Positions 8,993-18,488 of a stretch of DNA of 39,229 nt are shown in pieces. The position numbers were made by a program, and so were the translations under genes. The DNA comes from an uncultured Halobacteriales archaeon (lineage in GTDB: Archaea > Halobacteriota > Halobacteria > Halobacteriales > Hikarchaeaceae), in the NCBI GenBank assembly GCA_964404815.1, contig CAYOLR010000002.1, positions 1-39,229 on the forward strand. Direction: 5' to 3'. Under the pieces are notes generated by a model that ran no database searches, was not told the DNA's origin, and was given only the letters and a program-made list of their open reading frames with translations. Position 1 is the first letter of the stretch, and every line of letters starts with the position of its first letter.

Positions 8993-9011
8993 TCGGCCGG
9001 TCGCACCGATC

Positions 9012-9317
9012 CTACGTTCGTGTCTCGTCGACAGGTTCACCCTCGACGCCCGAGAGCCGACACGAGTCCCGGCCGAGGACCGCGTTCATGTAACACCGTT
9101 GGGTGATCGCTGTTTGGCACATACGAAGCCCGGCAAGGACCAGGATCACCGAGACGACCGTCCCGGCGAGGCCGCCCACCACCGCCACCAGCCCGGCGAG
9201 GGATCCCACGCCGATACCGATCGCCAGCGGTCCGATAACGCCGCGGGCGACGCGTTCAGAGCCGCCGACGTTCTGCTTACCTGCCTTGACGTCCCTGAGC
9301 CGGTCGGTTACGGTCAT
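9012..9317 (-). CDS. DUF2892 (YgaP-like) small membrane protein
   Basis: 'NVGGSERVARGVIGPLAIGIG' followed by two TM helices and a C-terminal Cys-containing tail. Confidence 0.7.
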   Translation of the reverse strand: MTVTDRLRDVKAGKQNVGGSERVARGVIGPLAIGIGVGSLAGLVAVVGGLAGTVVSVILVLAGLRMCQTAITQRCYMNAVLGRDSCRLSGVEGEPVDETRT

Positions 9318-9372
9318 GATCGATAGGGGCTCTAAAACGGATGGCCGATTAACTGCACCCGATGGGAGGTTC

Positions 9373-10179
9373 TCAGGGTGTGAGAAGCTCCTTGGCCCGA
9401 GCCGGGGGCAACGGGTCGGCGGCCTGTTTGATTTCTTCGAAGGTTCGGCAGGCCCACGGAAGGATTAACTCGTCACCGATGGTTACCAGACCCCGGATCG
9501 CACCATCGTCGTCGGCCACCAGGAACATGGTGGTTTCATCGGCGATAATCAACTGGGGCTCGATCACGTCGGTCAGGACGTAGAGGTCAGCCGAGCCATC
9601 GGTCAATAGTTCCGATAGCCGCTCCGCCAGCTTCGGGTCGGACGCGACGACGTCGAGGACACCCTCGGCGATGACCCCTTCGAACCGGTGGCCGCGCTCG
9701 ATCACGTTCTGGCACTCGGCGAGGATCGGCCCGTGGATCACGCTGTAACAGAATCCCCTGACGTGTTCCCTATCGTCGATCACCTCTGCCGCCGCCTTGA
9801 CGGGGGCCATCGGATCAATGGGGGTCGGGAGCGTGACGTCGACGCCCTTGAGGTCGCTAATCGATAGCTCCAGGCTATCGAGGGGAAGCCAGTGCGCGAC
9901 CGCCTGGAGGGCTGCCATCGACTCGACCGAGGATAGAAGTCCCGCAAGCTCCCTGGCCACGTGATCGCCGAGGGGCGTGAGCTCGAATCGGTAGCCGTCA
10001 CGGACAGCAAGTTCGTGATCACGAAAATCGGCCAGTATTCGACTCAACGTTGCCCGGGGGATCGCCGTCGATTCCTGGAGCTCGACCCGCGATGCGGGCC
10101 TATCGTCGAGAGCATCGAGGACCGTCACCCGGTTTTCTGAACGGGTGAGGAACGAAACGAGCTCGAACGACGAATCCAT
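9373..10179 (-). CDS. Winged-helix transcriptional regulator with DUF1724 (FilR1-like) C-terminal domain
   Basis: Starts 'MDSSFELVSFLTRSENRVTVLDALDDRPASRVELQESTAIPRATLSRILADF'. BRE/TATA 'CGAAACGCTTTAG' (minus strand, 10203-10215) lies 27 nt upstream. The 699-aa track ORF (to 11472) is an antisense extension. Confidence 0.8.
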   Translation of the reverse strand: MDSSFELVSFLTRSENRVTVLDALDDRPASRVELQESTAIPRATLSRILADFRDHELAVRDGYRFELTPLGDHVARELAGLLSSVESMAALQAVAHWLPLDSLELSISDLKGVDVTLPTPIDPMAPVKAAAEVIDDREHVRGFCYSVIHGPILAECQNVIERGHRFEGVIAEGVLDVVASDPKLAERLSELLTDGSADLYVLTDVIEPQLIIADETTMFLVADDDGAIRGLVTIGDELILPWACRTFEEIKQAADPLPPARAKELLTP

Positions 10180-10202
10180 GTGTGTCAATGACTCACGAAC
10201 GG

Positions 10203-10215
10203 CTAAAGCGTTTCG
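10203..10215 (-). promoter_or_regulatory. BRE+TATA candidate 'CGAAA-CG-CTTTAG' for the DUF1724 regulator
   Basis: Minus-strand reading. The TATA centre lies about 27 nt upstream of ATG 10179. Confidence 0.4.
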
Positions 10216-10359
10216 CGAATTCGGCGGTTCGACCGGAGTATATCCCGGATTTCGGACGGTTCGGGGATTTCCGTCACGGGGGCTACCGTTCGGCACCGCC
10301 GTTCCTCCGATCGAACAGTCTCGTAACTGGCTTAGCCGCCCGATCCCTGGGGAGGACCA

Positions 10360-11238
10360 ATGCGGGTCGACACGGTCGTCCTGGACATCGACGGCGTCCT
10401 CGTCGACGTCGCCCGGTCGTATCGCCGGGCCATCGTCGAGACGCTTGACAGACTGTACGGGACAACCATCACCCAGAACGACATTCAGGCCTTCAAAAAC
10501 GCCGGGGGATTCAACAACGACTGGGAACTCACGGACGCCGGCGCCCTCTACCTGCTGGGGCGACGGGAGGGCTTGGAGATGGACGTCTCCACGTTCGCCG
10601 GGGCCATCGATACCCGTGGCGGTGGCCTCAAAGCGGCCCGAGCGATCATCGAGGACCGTGTGGACACGGCTGACGCTGTCCTCGACAGCTGGGACCCTCA
10701 GCGGATCCGCGAGGTATTCCAGCAGCTGTACCTCGGCAGCGACCGGTATCGGGAGATCGAAGGAGCGGAGCCGGACCTCGACGTCGCCGGGTTCATCGAG
10801 GAGGAAACCGTACTCATCGACCAGACGACTATCGATGCCCTCACCCGAACCTTCTCGGTTGGGGTCCTGACCGGGCGACCCGCGGCCGAGGCGGCGATCG
10901 CTCTCGACCGTGTCGGCCTCGACGTTCCCCCGGACCATCGCGTGACGATGGACGACAACGTACCGGGTAAGCCGGCGCCGGACGGGCTGATCCAGTTGGC
11001 GGACCGCCTCGACGGGTCGGCGGTCGCGTTCGCCGGGGACACGCTGGACGACATCGAAACGGCGGCCAACGCGACCGAGGCGGACCCGGACCGCGAGTAC
11101 TACGGGGTGGGTGTCCTGACCGGTGGGGTAACGGGTGCGGCGGGCCGTCAGCTCTACGCCGATACCGGCGCCGACCTCGTGCTCGAAACCATCAACGAGC
11201 TTCCCGGCGTCCTCGCTCCGTTGGGCGGCACCTATTAA
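10360..11238 (+). CDS. HAD-superfamily hydrolase (subfamily IA-like)
   Basis: Motif I 'VVLDIDGVLVD', motif II 'VGVLTGRP', and motif III/IV 'GKPAPDG ... FAGDTLDDI'. Confidence 0.85.
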   Translation: MRVDTVVLDIDGVLVDVARSYRRAIVETLDRLYGTTITQNDIQAFKNAGGFNNDWELTDAGALYLLGRREGLEMDVSTFAGAIDTRGGGLKAARAIIEDRVDTADAVLDSWDPQRIREVFQQLYLGSDRYREIEGAEPDLDVAGFIEEETVLIDQTTIDALTRTFSVGVLTGRPAAEAAIALDRVGLDVPPDHRVTMDDNVPGKPAPDGLIQLADRLDGSAVAFAGDTLDDIETAANATEADPDREYYGVGVLTGGVTGAAGRQLYADTGADLVLETINELPGVLAPLGGTY

Positions 11239-11263
11239 GTCGACCCTCCCCGGAGCCCGGCGT

Positions 11264-11827
11264 GTGCGGCTCTCCTGGGTCGTCCTGGCCACGGTACTCA
11301 TCGCCGGCTGTACCGCCCCGCCGGGCCCGGCTCCGGTCACGGTGACGCCGGCCCCCGCCCCCACCGCATCCGCGAACCCGGGGACGGGGACGTTCGTGAT
11401 CGACAACGACGGCGTATCGCCGGCCCGGGTGACGGTGACGTTACTCGCCGGTGAGGTCGACCGCGTCTCCATGGTCTATCTCAACGGAACCACCCGGGTT
11501 CGATCGACCGCGGACCGAGCCGTGCGGTTCGACCTGTCCGCCGGCGTCGTCGCCGCGGTCGAACCGGCCGGCGAGCGAGTGGCGTCGTCCGAGGTGACCG
11601 TCCAACCGGGGCAACGACGGGTCATGCCCCTGCCTGCGGTCGACGGCCGGAGCACGATCGTCATCGGGGTGAAAAACGGCTCGCTCGTCCGGCGGGTGAA
11701 GACCGCAACGGGTGGTTGGACCGTCCTCGCCGATGCCCTCCTGCTCCAATGTGATTCCGGCACGCACGATCGGGTGGAACTCTTGCTTACGGGCGACGGC
11801 ATCGACCGGTGGTCGAGCCGGTGTTGA
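11264..11827 (+). CDS. Hypothetical secreted lipoprotein
   Basis: GTG start giving 'VRLSWVVLATVLIAGC' (signal peptide plus lipobox), then a Pro/Ala/Thr linker and a beta-rich body. High GC3. The track start 11135 overlaps the HAD gene. Confidence 0.55.
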   Translation: MRLSWVVLATVLIAGCTAPPGPAPVTVTPAPAPTASANPGTGTFVIDNDGVSPARVTVTLLAGEVDRVSMVYLNGTTRVRSTADRAVRFDLSAGVVAAVEPAGERVASSEVTVQPGQRRVMPLPAVDGRSTIVIGVKNGSLVRRVKTATGGWTVLADALLLQCDSGTHDRVELLLTGDGIDRWSSRC

Positions 11828-11875
11828 TGGGCGGGGATCGCCAGGCCCATATCCCGACCGATCATCGTGATCCCC

Positions 11876-12541
11876 ATGCGAATCGCGTTACTCGGCGGGA
11901 CCGGCGATATCGGTGAGGGGCTCGCCCTCCGGTGGGCGTACCACACCGATCACGAGGTGGTGATCGGATCCCGCGACCCCGACCGTGCCAGGGCCAAGGC
12001 CGAGGAGTACGAGACCGAACTGGCCAGCCGTGACCGAGATCGGTCGATCAACGGCTTCGTCAACGCGATGGCGGCCGACCGGGCGGACGTGATCGTCCTG
12101 TCCGTCCCGGCCCACTATGTGACTGACACCATCGAGGCGGTCGCCGACCGGATCGGAGACGCCATCCTCGTCTCGCCCGCCGTCGGAATGAGGCGCGACG
12201 AGGCCGGATTACATTACAACCCACCCCCGGTCGGCAGCGTCACGGCCTACGCCGCCGAGGCCGCCCCGGACGACGTCCCGATCATTGGGGCCTTCCATAA
12301 CCTCTCGGCCGACCGGCTGGCCAACCTCGATTTCGAGCTCGACCTCGACACGCTACTGGTCGGGGACGATCCGGACGCCAAGGACACGGTCCGGCTGCTC
12401 GCCGAGTCGATCGACGGTCTACGGGCGCTCGACGCGGGCGGTATCGCGAACGCCCCCGAGGTGGAAAGCGTGACGCCGTTGGTGATCAATATCGCCCGGA
12501 ACAACGCCGGGATGCACGACGTCGGCGTTCAGTTCAATTAA
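11876..12541 (+). CDS. npdG: NADPH-dependent F420 reductase
   Basis: 'MRIALLGGTGDIGEGLALRWA' Rossmann start, '...VLSVP...', and C-terminal '...SVTPLVINIARNN'. TATA-like 'CCATATCC' lies 27 nt upstream of ATG 11876. The track start is GTG 11867. Confidence 0.85.
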   Translation: MRIALLGGTGDIGEGLALRWAYHTDHEVVIGSRDPDRARAKAEEYETELASRDRDRSINGFVNAMAADRADVIVLSVPAHYVTDTIEAVADRIGDAILVSPAVGMRRDEAGLHYNPPPVGSVTAYAAEAAPDDVPIIGAFHNLSADRLANLDFELDLDTLLVGDDPDAKDTVRLLAESIDGLRALDAGGIANAPEVESVTPLVINIARNNAGMHDVGVQFN

Positions 12542-12544
12542 CGG

Positions 12545-12811
12545 CTATGCGCCGGCCTTCTCGAAGGCAGCTTCGATGTCTTCACGTTGGGTGACGCCGA
12601 CGAACCGTTCGACGACGCCGTCCTCGTTTTCGACGACGAGGGTCGGGATGGATCGGACCTGGTACTGATTGGCGATCTCCTGGTTCTCGTCGACGTCGAT
12701 CCGTTCGAACTCGACATCGGACCAGTCGTCCTCCATCTCCTCGAGGATCGGTTCTTGGGTCTTACACGGCCCACACCAATCCGCATAGAAGTCTTTGATC
12801 GTGACCGACAT
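12545..12811 (-). CDS. trxA: Thioredoxin
   Basis: 'WCGPC' active site in an 88-aa thioredoxin-fold ORF. Confidence 0.9.
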   Translation of the reverse strand: MSVTIKDFYADWCGPCKTQEPILEEMEDDWSDVEFERIDVDENQEIANQYQVRSIPTLVVENEDGVVERFVGVTQREDIEAAFEKAGA

Positions 12812-12875
12812 ACTCCCCCTTCACCTCCCCCGGGAATAAGGATTTCTCACGATGGACCCCTTGCCGCATAATTCA

Positions 12876-12887
12876 CGAAAGGTTTAG
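12876..12887 (+). promoter_or_regulatory. BRE+TATA candidate 'CGAAA-G-GTTTAG' for Sec61beta
   Basis: The TATA centre lies about 27 nt upstream of ATG 12913. Confidence 0.45.
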
Positions 12888-12912
12888 GCGGCGTGGTCGC
12901 TCACAGTGATAC

Positions 12913-13071
12913 ATGAGCAAGTCCGAAGGCTCCGGACTCATGAGCAGTGCCGGGTTGGTCCGGTACTTCGACGCCGAGGACCGGAACGCCATCCGCATGG
13001 ATCCGCGGACGGTGATGGCGTTCGGGATCCTCTTCGGGATCCTGATCGAGCTATTGAACCTGATGGGGTAG
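12913..13071 (+). CDS. secG: Preprotein translocase subunit Sec61beta (archaeal SecG)
   Basis: Not in the ORF track (52 aa). My own translation is '[52 protein letters not shown]'. It has the conserved 'SSAGLVRYF' motif plus a C-terminal TM anchor. BRE/TATA 'CGAAAGGTTTAG' lies 27 nt upstream. Confidence 0.8.
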   Translation: MSKSEGSGLMSSAGLVRYFDAEDRNAIRMDPRTVMAFGILFGILIELLNLMG

Positions 13072-13076
13072 GCCGG

Positions 13077-13364
13077 CTACCGTCGCGCCCTGAGTTCCGC
13101 CCGGAGATCCTCGATATCCATGTCCTTCATCGCCAGCACGACCAGTAGGTGATAGACGATGTCGGCCGCCTCGTGGGCGACATCCTGGCGGTCGTCGTCC
13201 TTGGCCGCTAACACGAACTCCGTCAGTTCCTCGCCGAGTTTCTCGAGGACGGCGTTCTCGCCCTTTTCGTGGGTGAACAACGACGCGGTGTAGGAGTCCT
13301 CGGGGAGGGTCTCCTTCCGATCCTCGATGACGGCGAACAGCTCGTCGAGGATCCGGTCGGTCAT
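13077..13364 (-). CDS. hisE: Phosphoribosyl-ATP pyrophosphatase
   Basis: 'SYTASLF...G..AVLEKLGEELTEFVLAAK.......AHEAADIVYHLLVVL' MazG-like HisE pattern. 95 aa. Confidence 0.9.
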   Translation of the reverse strand: MTDRILDELFAVIEDRKETLPEDSYTASLFTHEKGENAVLEKLGEELTEFVLAAKDDDRQDVAHEAADIVYHLLVVLAMKDMDIEDLRAELRARR

Positions 13365-13816
13365 GCGAGATCGACCACCTGTTCGATCGTGTCGAGGTCC
13401 TCAAACTCGTCACGTTCCTGGCGGCCACTCTCGAACACCGACGCCTCGACCTCGATGGGGGCGTTTGTGCGGGCGGCGAGCGCCAACGAATCGCTGGGCC
13501 GTGCATCGACCACCACGTCTTCGCCACGAGGGGTGTTGATGTGGAGATCGGCGATGTAGGTGTTATCCTCCACCGCGGCGACGACGACCCTTTCGATGCG
13601 GCCGCCGAGCTCCTCGATCACGTCGAGCATCAGGTCGTGGGTGAGGGGCCGCCCGATGTCCTCGGCGGCCATCCCCCGGGCGATGCTCACGGCCTCGTCG
13701 AACCCGATAAAGATCGGCAGCACGTCTTCGGTATCCGTGTCGATGGCGAGGATCACCACGGGCACCGCCCCGTCGGGTGTTCCCGCGACACGCACGGCGT
13801 CGATCTCGGCCTTCAT
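13361..13816 (-). CDS. Bifunctional nuclease (BFN/DUF151) family protein
   Basis: 'PVVILAIDTDTEDVLPIFIGFDEAVSIARGM....GRPLTHDLMLDVIEELGG' is the typical BFN domain. Its stop overlaps the hisE start (ATGA). Confidence 0.85.
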   Translation of the reverse strand: MKAEIDAVRVAGTPDGAVPVVILAIDTDTEDVLPIFIGFDEAVSIARGMAAEDIGRPLTHDLMLDVIEELGGRIERVVVAAVEDNTYIADLHINTPRGEDVVVDARPSDSLALAARTNAPIEVEASVFESGRQERDEFEDLDTIEQVVDLA

Positions 13817-13867
13817 GGGTGCACTCAGGCGAGGACGAATGAAAAGCCACCGGCCGTAGGCTCGCCA

Positions 13868-14227
13868 TCAGGAAAACAGGCCGGCGACGGCACCGCCGAT
13901 CGCGCTATCGATCGCCAGGATAACCGCGGCGCCGACCGCGACGGCGAAGGTCCCCATCCCGATGAAGATGCCTAGCGGTCCCGCGCCGATCGTGCCGAGG
14001 AGGGTGGCCCCGATCGCGACGAGGATCGCGATGACGATCCCACCGATCGATCCGGCGAGGAGGCCGTGCCAGGCCCCGCTCCCGATCCCGCCACCGGCGA
14101 TCCACCCCGCCACGAACCCGCCGAGCAACCCCGCAGCCGCGTGACCGATGCCCGGGAGGGCGAACGCGAAGACCCCGACGACGATCTCGACGAGGAACCC
14201 GATCCCGACGGCGCGCCAGTTGGTCAT
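13868..14227 (-). CDS. DUF5518-type Gly-rich membrane protein
   Basis: 'MTNWRAVGIGFLVEIVVG...GGFVAGWIAGGGIGSGAWHGLLAGSIGG', matching my recollection of haloarchaeal DUF5518. Confidence 0.65.
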   Translation of the reverse strand: MTNWRAVGIGFLVEIVVGVFAFALPGIGHAAAGLLGGFVAGWIAGGGIGSGAWHGLLAGSIGGIVIAILVAIGATLLGTIGAGPLGIFIGMGTFAVAVGAAVILAIDSAIGGAVAGLFS

Positions 14228-14306
14228 GGCCGGGGTTTGGGCTACCCGCGGAAAAGGCCGCCGGGGAACGATTCGCCTTTACGTTCAGGCCGAGTAACAG
14301 GTCATA

Positions 14307-15272
14307 GTGATTTTCGAGGGGCTTCCGACCACGCCGACCGCCGACGAACTCCTCGATCAGGCCTTCTCCCGTGCAGCCCGCTCGGGTCGTGCCAAACACG
14401 GGGTCGAGGCCCAGGAGTCGATGCTCCAGACGGCCTCCAACATCCTTTCCGACAACCTCGAAAACGTCGTCCGATCGTGGCCGGATTTCGATTCGATCGA
14501 CCCCTTCTATTACGAACTCGCCGACGTGCTCGTGGAGGTCGATGCCCTCAGACAGAGCCTGTCGGAGGTGACGTGGGCTTCGCGAAAGACGGCGGAGATC
14601 GGCCGTGACTACCGGGGCAAGGTTCGGGGAAAGGACCCCGATGCAGCCCGTCGGATCCGCAAACAGGGCTTCGCCCGGATGGCAGACGTCGTCGAGGAGG
14701 TGGAGGCCGACCTCGCCAGGATCGCCGACGCCCGCAACGTCCTCCGGGACCTGCCGGACATCCGGCCCGACGAACCGACGATCGTGATCGCGGGCTATCC
14801 CAACGTCGGAAAGTCGTCGTTCCTGAACGCCGTAACCAACGCCCGCACCGAGATCGCAGAATACCCCTTCACCACGAAGGGGGTCCAGATCGGCCATGTC
14901 GACCGCCATCACATCCGTTACCAGCTTGTCGATACCCCGGGGCTACTGGATCGACCGATGGAGGAGCGGAACGAGATCGAACGACAGGCCGTGAGTGCGC
15001 TCACCCACGCGGCCGACTGTATCGTCTTCCTGGTGGACGCCAGCGAATCCTGCGGCTACCCTGTCGATGCCCAGCTAGAGCTGCGGCGGGAACTTCGAGA
15101 CCGGTTCGAGGTTCCCTTGCTCACGGTGTGTAACAAGTCGGATCTGTCGAACGCGGTCGAGGCCGACCACTACATGAGCGTGACGGAGGACGAGGGCGTC
15201 GAGGGCGTGCTCGCGGCGGCGATCGAGGCCATCGGATACGAGCCCGAACTGCCGTTCGAGCGCTCCGAATAG
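14307..15272 (+). CDS. NOG1-family GTP-binding protein
   Basis: GTG start 'MIFEGLPTTPTADELLDQAFSRA'. G1 'GYPNVGKSS', G3 'DTPGLLDR', G4 'NKSD'. Confidence 0.85.
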   Translation: MIFEGLPTTPTADELLDQAFSRAARSGRAKHGVEAQESMLQTASNILSDNLENVVRSWPDFDSIDPFYYELADVLVEVDALRQSLSEVTWASRKTAEIGRDYRGKVRGKDPDAARRIRKQGFARMADVVEEVEADLARIADARNVLRDLPDIRPDEPTIVIAGYPNVGKSSFLNAVTNARTEIAEYPFTTKGVQIGHVDRHHIRYQLVDTPGLLDRPMEERNEIERQAVSALTHAADCIVFLVDASESCGYPVDAQLELRRELRDRFEVPLLTVCNKSDLSNAVEADHYMSVTEDEGVEGVLAAAIEAIGYEPELPFERSE

Positions 15273-15275
15273 CGA

Positions 15276-16001
15276 TCAACCCTCGATCGAATAGGTGGCC
15301 TGAACGGTCGCGGAAACGGAGACCGGCCCGGGTTCGAGGACGGTCCTGTCGGCAACCGCCTCGGTCCGGATCTCGAACGGGACGGTGTTCACCGAGCTCG
15401 TCGACGCGGAGTGGAGCCCGATGATCGTCACGCCGGTCGAGGCCGCGATCGTATCAGCATCGGTTCGGGCGTTGGACAAGGCCGCACGGATCGCCTCGAC
15501 CCGGAGCTCATCTCGCGTCGCCGGAGCGAGGGTGAACTCGACGCCGTCGACCCGTGTGGCCCCGTTGTCGACGGCGATATCGATGGTCTCGCCGGATCGG
15601 GCTGGATCGACTTCGATCTCGAAACCGTGGCTAGCCCGGTACGCCACCAGTTCACGGCGATCGCTGGCGAAGTCGTAGATCGGTTCCAGATTGAAATACG
15701 TTGTTCGAACAGCGTCGTCCGTGATTCCGGCCTCCCGGAGGGCTGACCGAAGGGTATCGACGGCAGAAGCCGTCGAATCGCGGGCTGCTGCCGCGGTATC
15801 GGCGTCGCTCACAACGGCGACCCGGACGAGCGCGAGGTCAGGCGCCGCGGTGGCTGCCCCGCTCGCCCCGACCGAAATGGTTCGATCCGCTGCCACGTCA
15901 CCTGCGGGCTGCCCGACCGAGGCGGGTGCGGCACCCACACACCCCGCGAGGGTGAGGAGTGCGACGATACTCAGCGTAATGAATGGGAGCCGTTCAGACA
16001 T
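15276..16001 (-). CDS. SIMPL (DUF541) domain lipoprotein
   Basis: Signal peptide plus lipobox 'LLTLAGC'. SIMPL-like repeats ('...TISVGASG...', 'GFEIEVD', 'VSVSATVQATYSI'). Confidence 0.8.
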   Translation of the reverse strand: MSERLPFITLSIVALLTLAGCVGAAPASVGQPAGDVAADRTISVGASGAATAAPDLALVRVAVVSDADTAAAARDSTASAVDTLRSALREAGITDDAVRTTYFNLEPIYDFASDRRELVAYRASHGFEIEVDPARSGETIDIAVDNGATRVDGVEFTLAPATRDELRVEAIRAALSNARTDADTIAASTGVTIIGLHSASTSSVNTVPFEIRTEAVADRTVLEPGPVSVSATVQATYSIEG

Positions 16002-16067
16002 GATACGTGTAAGGTTTTCTAAGAGTATAAACCAATGAGCCTGCTCCCGCCGGATGGGAAACCGGTA

Positions 16068-17354
16068 TCAGGCCCGGTCAACGATGACGTATCGCACTTC
16101 CACGGAGACGTCCCGCCCGGCTCTAGCATCCACCCGGGCGTCGATCTCCGTCGCCAGATCCGGCGGTGGCCCGTTGATCGGGTATCCGATGGTCACGATG
16201 ACCGTTCTGGGCTCCTGGAAGGGTGGAATACCCGAGTATTCGAACTGGATATCGAGCAGACGAGCGTCCTGGGCGTCAAGCAGCCCCGTCACATCTGCCT
16301 GGACGTCGTCCTGGAACGTCGCGTTCTGGTAGCTCGAATACGTGACCCACCCCAGGAACAGCGAGAGGACCGCGATCACGGCGATCAGCACCGCCACCCG
16401 CTGGAGGGTCGCATGTCGTGCCTCGCCCACCCGAAACCAGGACCGTGACGGGCGATAGCCTTGGTACCAGAGGGTGACCAGCGCGGCGAGGTTGATCGAG
16501 ACGAAGTTGAGGAGCGCGAGGACGAAGGCCCCGATCACCACCTCGGGCAGCGACCAGGCGATCCCGATGCCCACGACGGCGACGGGCGGGACCAGCGCCG
16601 CCGCGATCATCACGCCGACCAGGGCGGCCGAAACGCCCGTCGAGAGGCTGAACGCGCCGGCGGTCCCCGCCCCCAAGGCGACGGCGAGCGAGAGGAAGTC
16701 CGGGGCGAGCCGTTCCCTGACCTCCCCCAGGGACACGATGTCGATGCCCGGCGGGACCAGGTGGATCGTCTGAATCAACCCGGCGAACAGCGCCGCAGCG
16801 ACGATGCCCAGGGCGAACCCGACGGCCTGGAACTTCACCCCCTTGACGAACAGCTCCCGATCGATGATCACCGTTCCGACGCTCGTGGCCATGGCCGGCC
16901 CGATGAGGGGGGCGATCACCATCGACCCGACCACGATGGCCGCCGAATCCAAGAGCACGCCCGCGGTCGCGACAATAACGCTGGTGATGGTCAGAAACAC
17001 GTAGGCCTCGAAGTTCGGCGTGAGATCCCGGGCCCTATCACGGATCTCCTCCCTCGCGATCCGTTCGGGGCTTTTCTCCTCCTTTTCGTATCGTTCCCGC
17101 AGCTGATCGAAGCGTCGGGAAATAACGGTCTGGGCGTCGATAATGATGGTGTAAGAATCATCGGATAGCCCCGCCTCCCGGAGCTCGTCCAGGACGGGTT
17201 CGACCGCCTCCGTGGGGAGAGGAAATGACACGACTGCGGTGTAATCCCGGCCGCTGACCTCGTCGGTCACGACGTAGTCGATCTCCTCGTTGTCGAGGGT
17301 CCCGAGAACGGCATCGCGTTTCCCGCTGGGGATCGTGACCTCGACGAGTCGCAC
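16068..17354 (-). CDS. TIGR00341/DUF389 family membrane protein
   Basis: GTG start '[29 protein letters not shown]', a soluble N-domain followed by about 6-8 TM helices. Confidence 0.8.
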   Translation of the reverse strand: MRLVEVTIPSGKRDAVLGTLDNEEIDYVVTDEVSGRDYTAVVSFPLPTEAVEPVLDELREAGLSDDSYTIIIDAQTVISRRFDQLRERYEKEEKSPERIAREEIRDRARDLTPNFEAYVFLTITSVIVATAGVLLDSAAIVVGSMVIAPLIGPAMATSVGTVIIDRELFVKGVKFQAVGFALGIVAAALFAGLIQTIHLVPPGIDIVSLGEVRERLAPDFLSLAVALGAGTAGAFSLSTGVSAALVGVMIAAALVPPVAVVGIGIAWSLPEVVIGAFVLALLNFVSINLAALVTLWYQGYRPSRSWFRVGEARHATLQRVAVLIAVIAVLSLFLGWVTYSSYQNATFQDDVQADVTGLLDAQDARLLDIQFEYSGIPPFQEPRTVIVTIGYPINGPPPDLATEIDARVDARAGRDVSVEVRYVIVDRA

Positions 17355-17431
17355 GCCGAGTCAGTCACGGGGGGAGGCCAAATAGCCAGTGGATCGCCAG
17401 CCGCTTAACGGCCCGCGGCGTACCGGCCTCC

Positions 17432-18049
17432 ATGTTCGAGGGGCGGCCCGACCGCAGCGCCGAGATCGTGTTCGTGGGCCGATCGAACGTCGGCAAATCC
17501 ACCCTCATGCGCGAATTGACCGGCCATCAGTTCGATACCGGTCGGTCACCAGGAGTTACCCGGTCGCCCAACTTCTACGACTGGGCCGCCGAGGACTTCC
17601 TCCTGACGGACCTCCCGGGATTCGGCTTCATGGAGGGCGTCCCCGAGGAACGACGGGAAGCGATCAAGACGGCTATCGTCCGCTATATCGAGGACCATGC
17701 AACCGACATCCTCGTTGCCGTCCTTGTCGTCGATGGAAAGAGCGTCGTGGATATCATCGATCGCCACGAGGACCGTGGCGAAGTCCCCTACGCCATCGAC
17801 ATGTACGGGATGTTGACCGATCTCGGCATCCCGACGGTCATCGCGGTCAACAAGATCGACAAGGTCGATGACCGCGACGAACGGCTCGACGCCATCGCCG
17901 ACCGGTTCGGGCTCGTGCCCCCCTGGCGACAGTGGCAGGACGTCATTGCACCGATCAGCGCGAAACGTGGCCAGATCGAGCCCCTGGAAACGGCGATCCG
18001 CGATCACCTGCACGCCCAAAAACGCGACGACCTGTTCAAGTTCTTTTAG
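17432..18049 (+). CDS. engB: GTP-binding protein EngB/YsxC
   Basis: G1 'GRSNVGKST', G3 'DLPGFG', G4 'NKID'. 205 aa. Confidence 0.9.
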   Translation: MFEGRPDRSAEIVFVGRSNVGKSTLMRELTGHQFDTGRSPGVTRSPNFYDWAAEDFLLTDLPGFGFMEGVPEERREAIKTAIVRYIEDHATDILVAVLVVDGKSVVDIIDRHEDRGEVPYAIDMYGMLTDLGIPTVIAVNKIDKVDDRDERLDAIADRFGLVPPWRQWQDVIAPISAKRGQIEPLETAIRDHLHAQKRDDLFKFF

Positions 18050-18485
18050 GGGGTTGATATGACTGATCGCGGGCGACCACTGTCTCGGGGTCGAACCGGA
18101 TCACGGCGTGATCCGCGGGTTTGAGGTCCGCAAACCTGTTGGGCCACTCGTTCTCCTCGTCGCCCAGATAGCGGGCGATGAGGCGGTCGGCCAGGTCCGC
18201 GTCGAAGGGTTCGATCAACGCCTGACCCCGCATGCCAATGTGCTGGACGCGACCCGTTCGGGCCTCGAAATCAACGATCGCAAGTGCCGTCCGGCCATCG
18301 GTTTCGATCCGATCGACGTAGGATCGTGAGCGGGTCGCGATCACCCAGATTCGGCCGTCCTCCCAAAGGTACCAGAGTGGCGAAACCCGAGGGCCGCCGG
18401 GCGAGCACTGGGCGAGAAAGCAGAACAACGGCCGTTCGAGCACTGCATCCAGGCCAGCGTCGATCGTGTTCTCGACGACGTCCAT
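18036..18485 (-). CDS. Pyridoxamine 5'-phosphate oxidase-fold (PNPOx-like) protein
   Basis: '[23 protein letters not shown]' and '...[11 protein letters not shown]...[10 protein letters not shown]', a split-barrel pattern. Cofactor (FMN or F420) is not determinable by eye. Confidence 0.7.
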   Translation of the reverse strand: MDVVENTIDAGLDAVLERPLFCFLAQCSPGGPRVSPLWYLWEDGRIWVIATRSRSYVDRIETDGRTALAIVDFEARTGRVQHIGMRGQALIEPFDADLADRLIARYLGDEENEWPNRFADLKPADHAVIRFDPETVVARDQSYQPPKRT

Positions 18486-18488
18486 CGG

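Noticed and set aside
10180-11472. Upper two-thirds of the 699-aa minus-strand ORF (9373..11472)
   Set aside because: It is antisense to the HAD hydrolase and the lipoprotein gene, both of which carry clear motifs. The translation is Arg/Gly/Pro/Val-rich low-information sequence, typical of GC-driven shadow ORFs. The real regulator starts at ATG 10179, which has its own BRE/TATA.
13905-14912. 335-aa minus-strand ORF
   Set aside because: It is antisense to the NOG1 GTPase gene and out of frame with the DUF5518 gene. It has no motifs.
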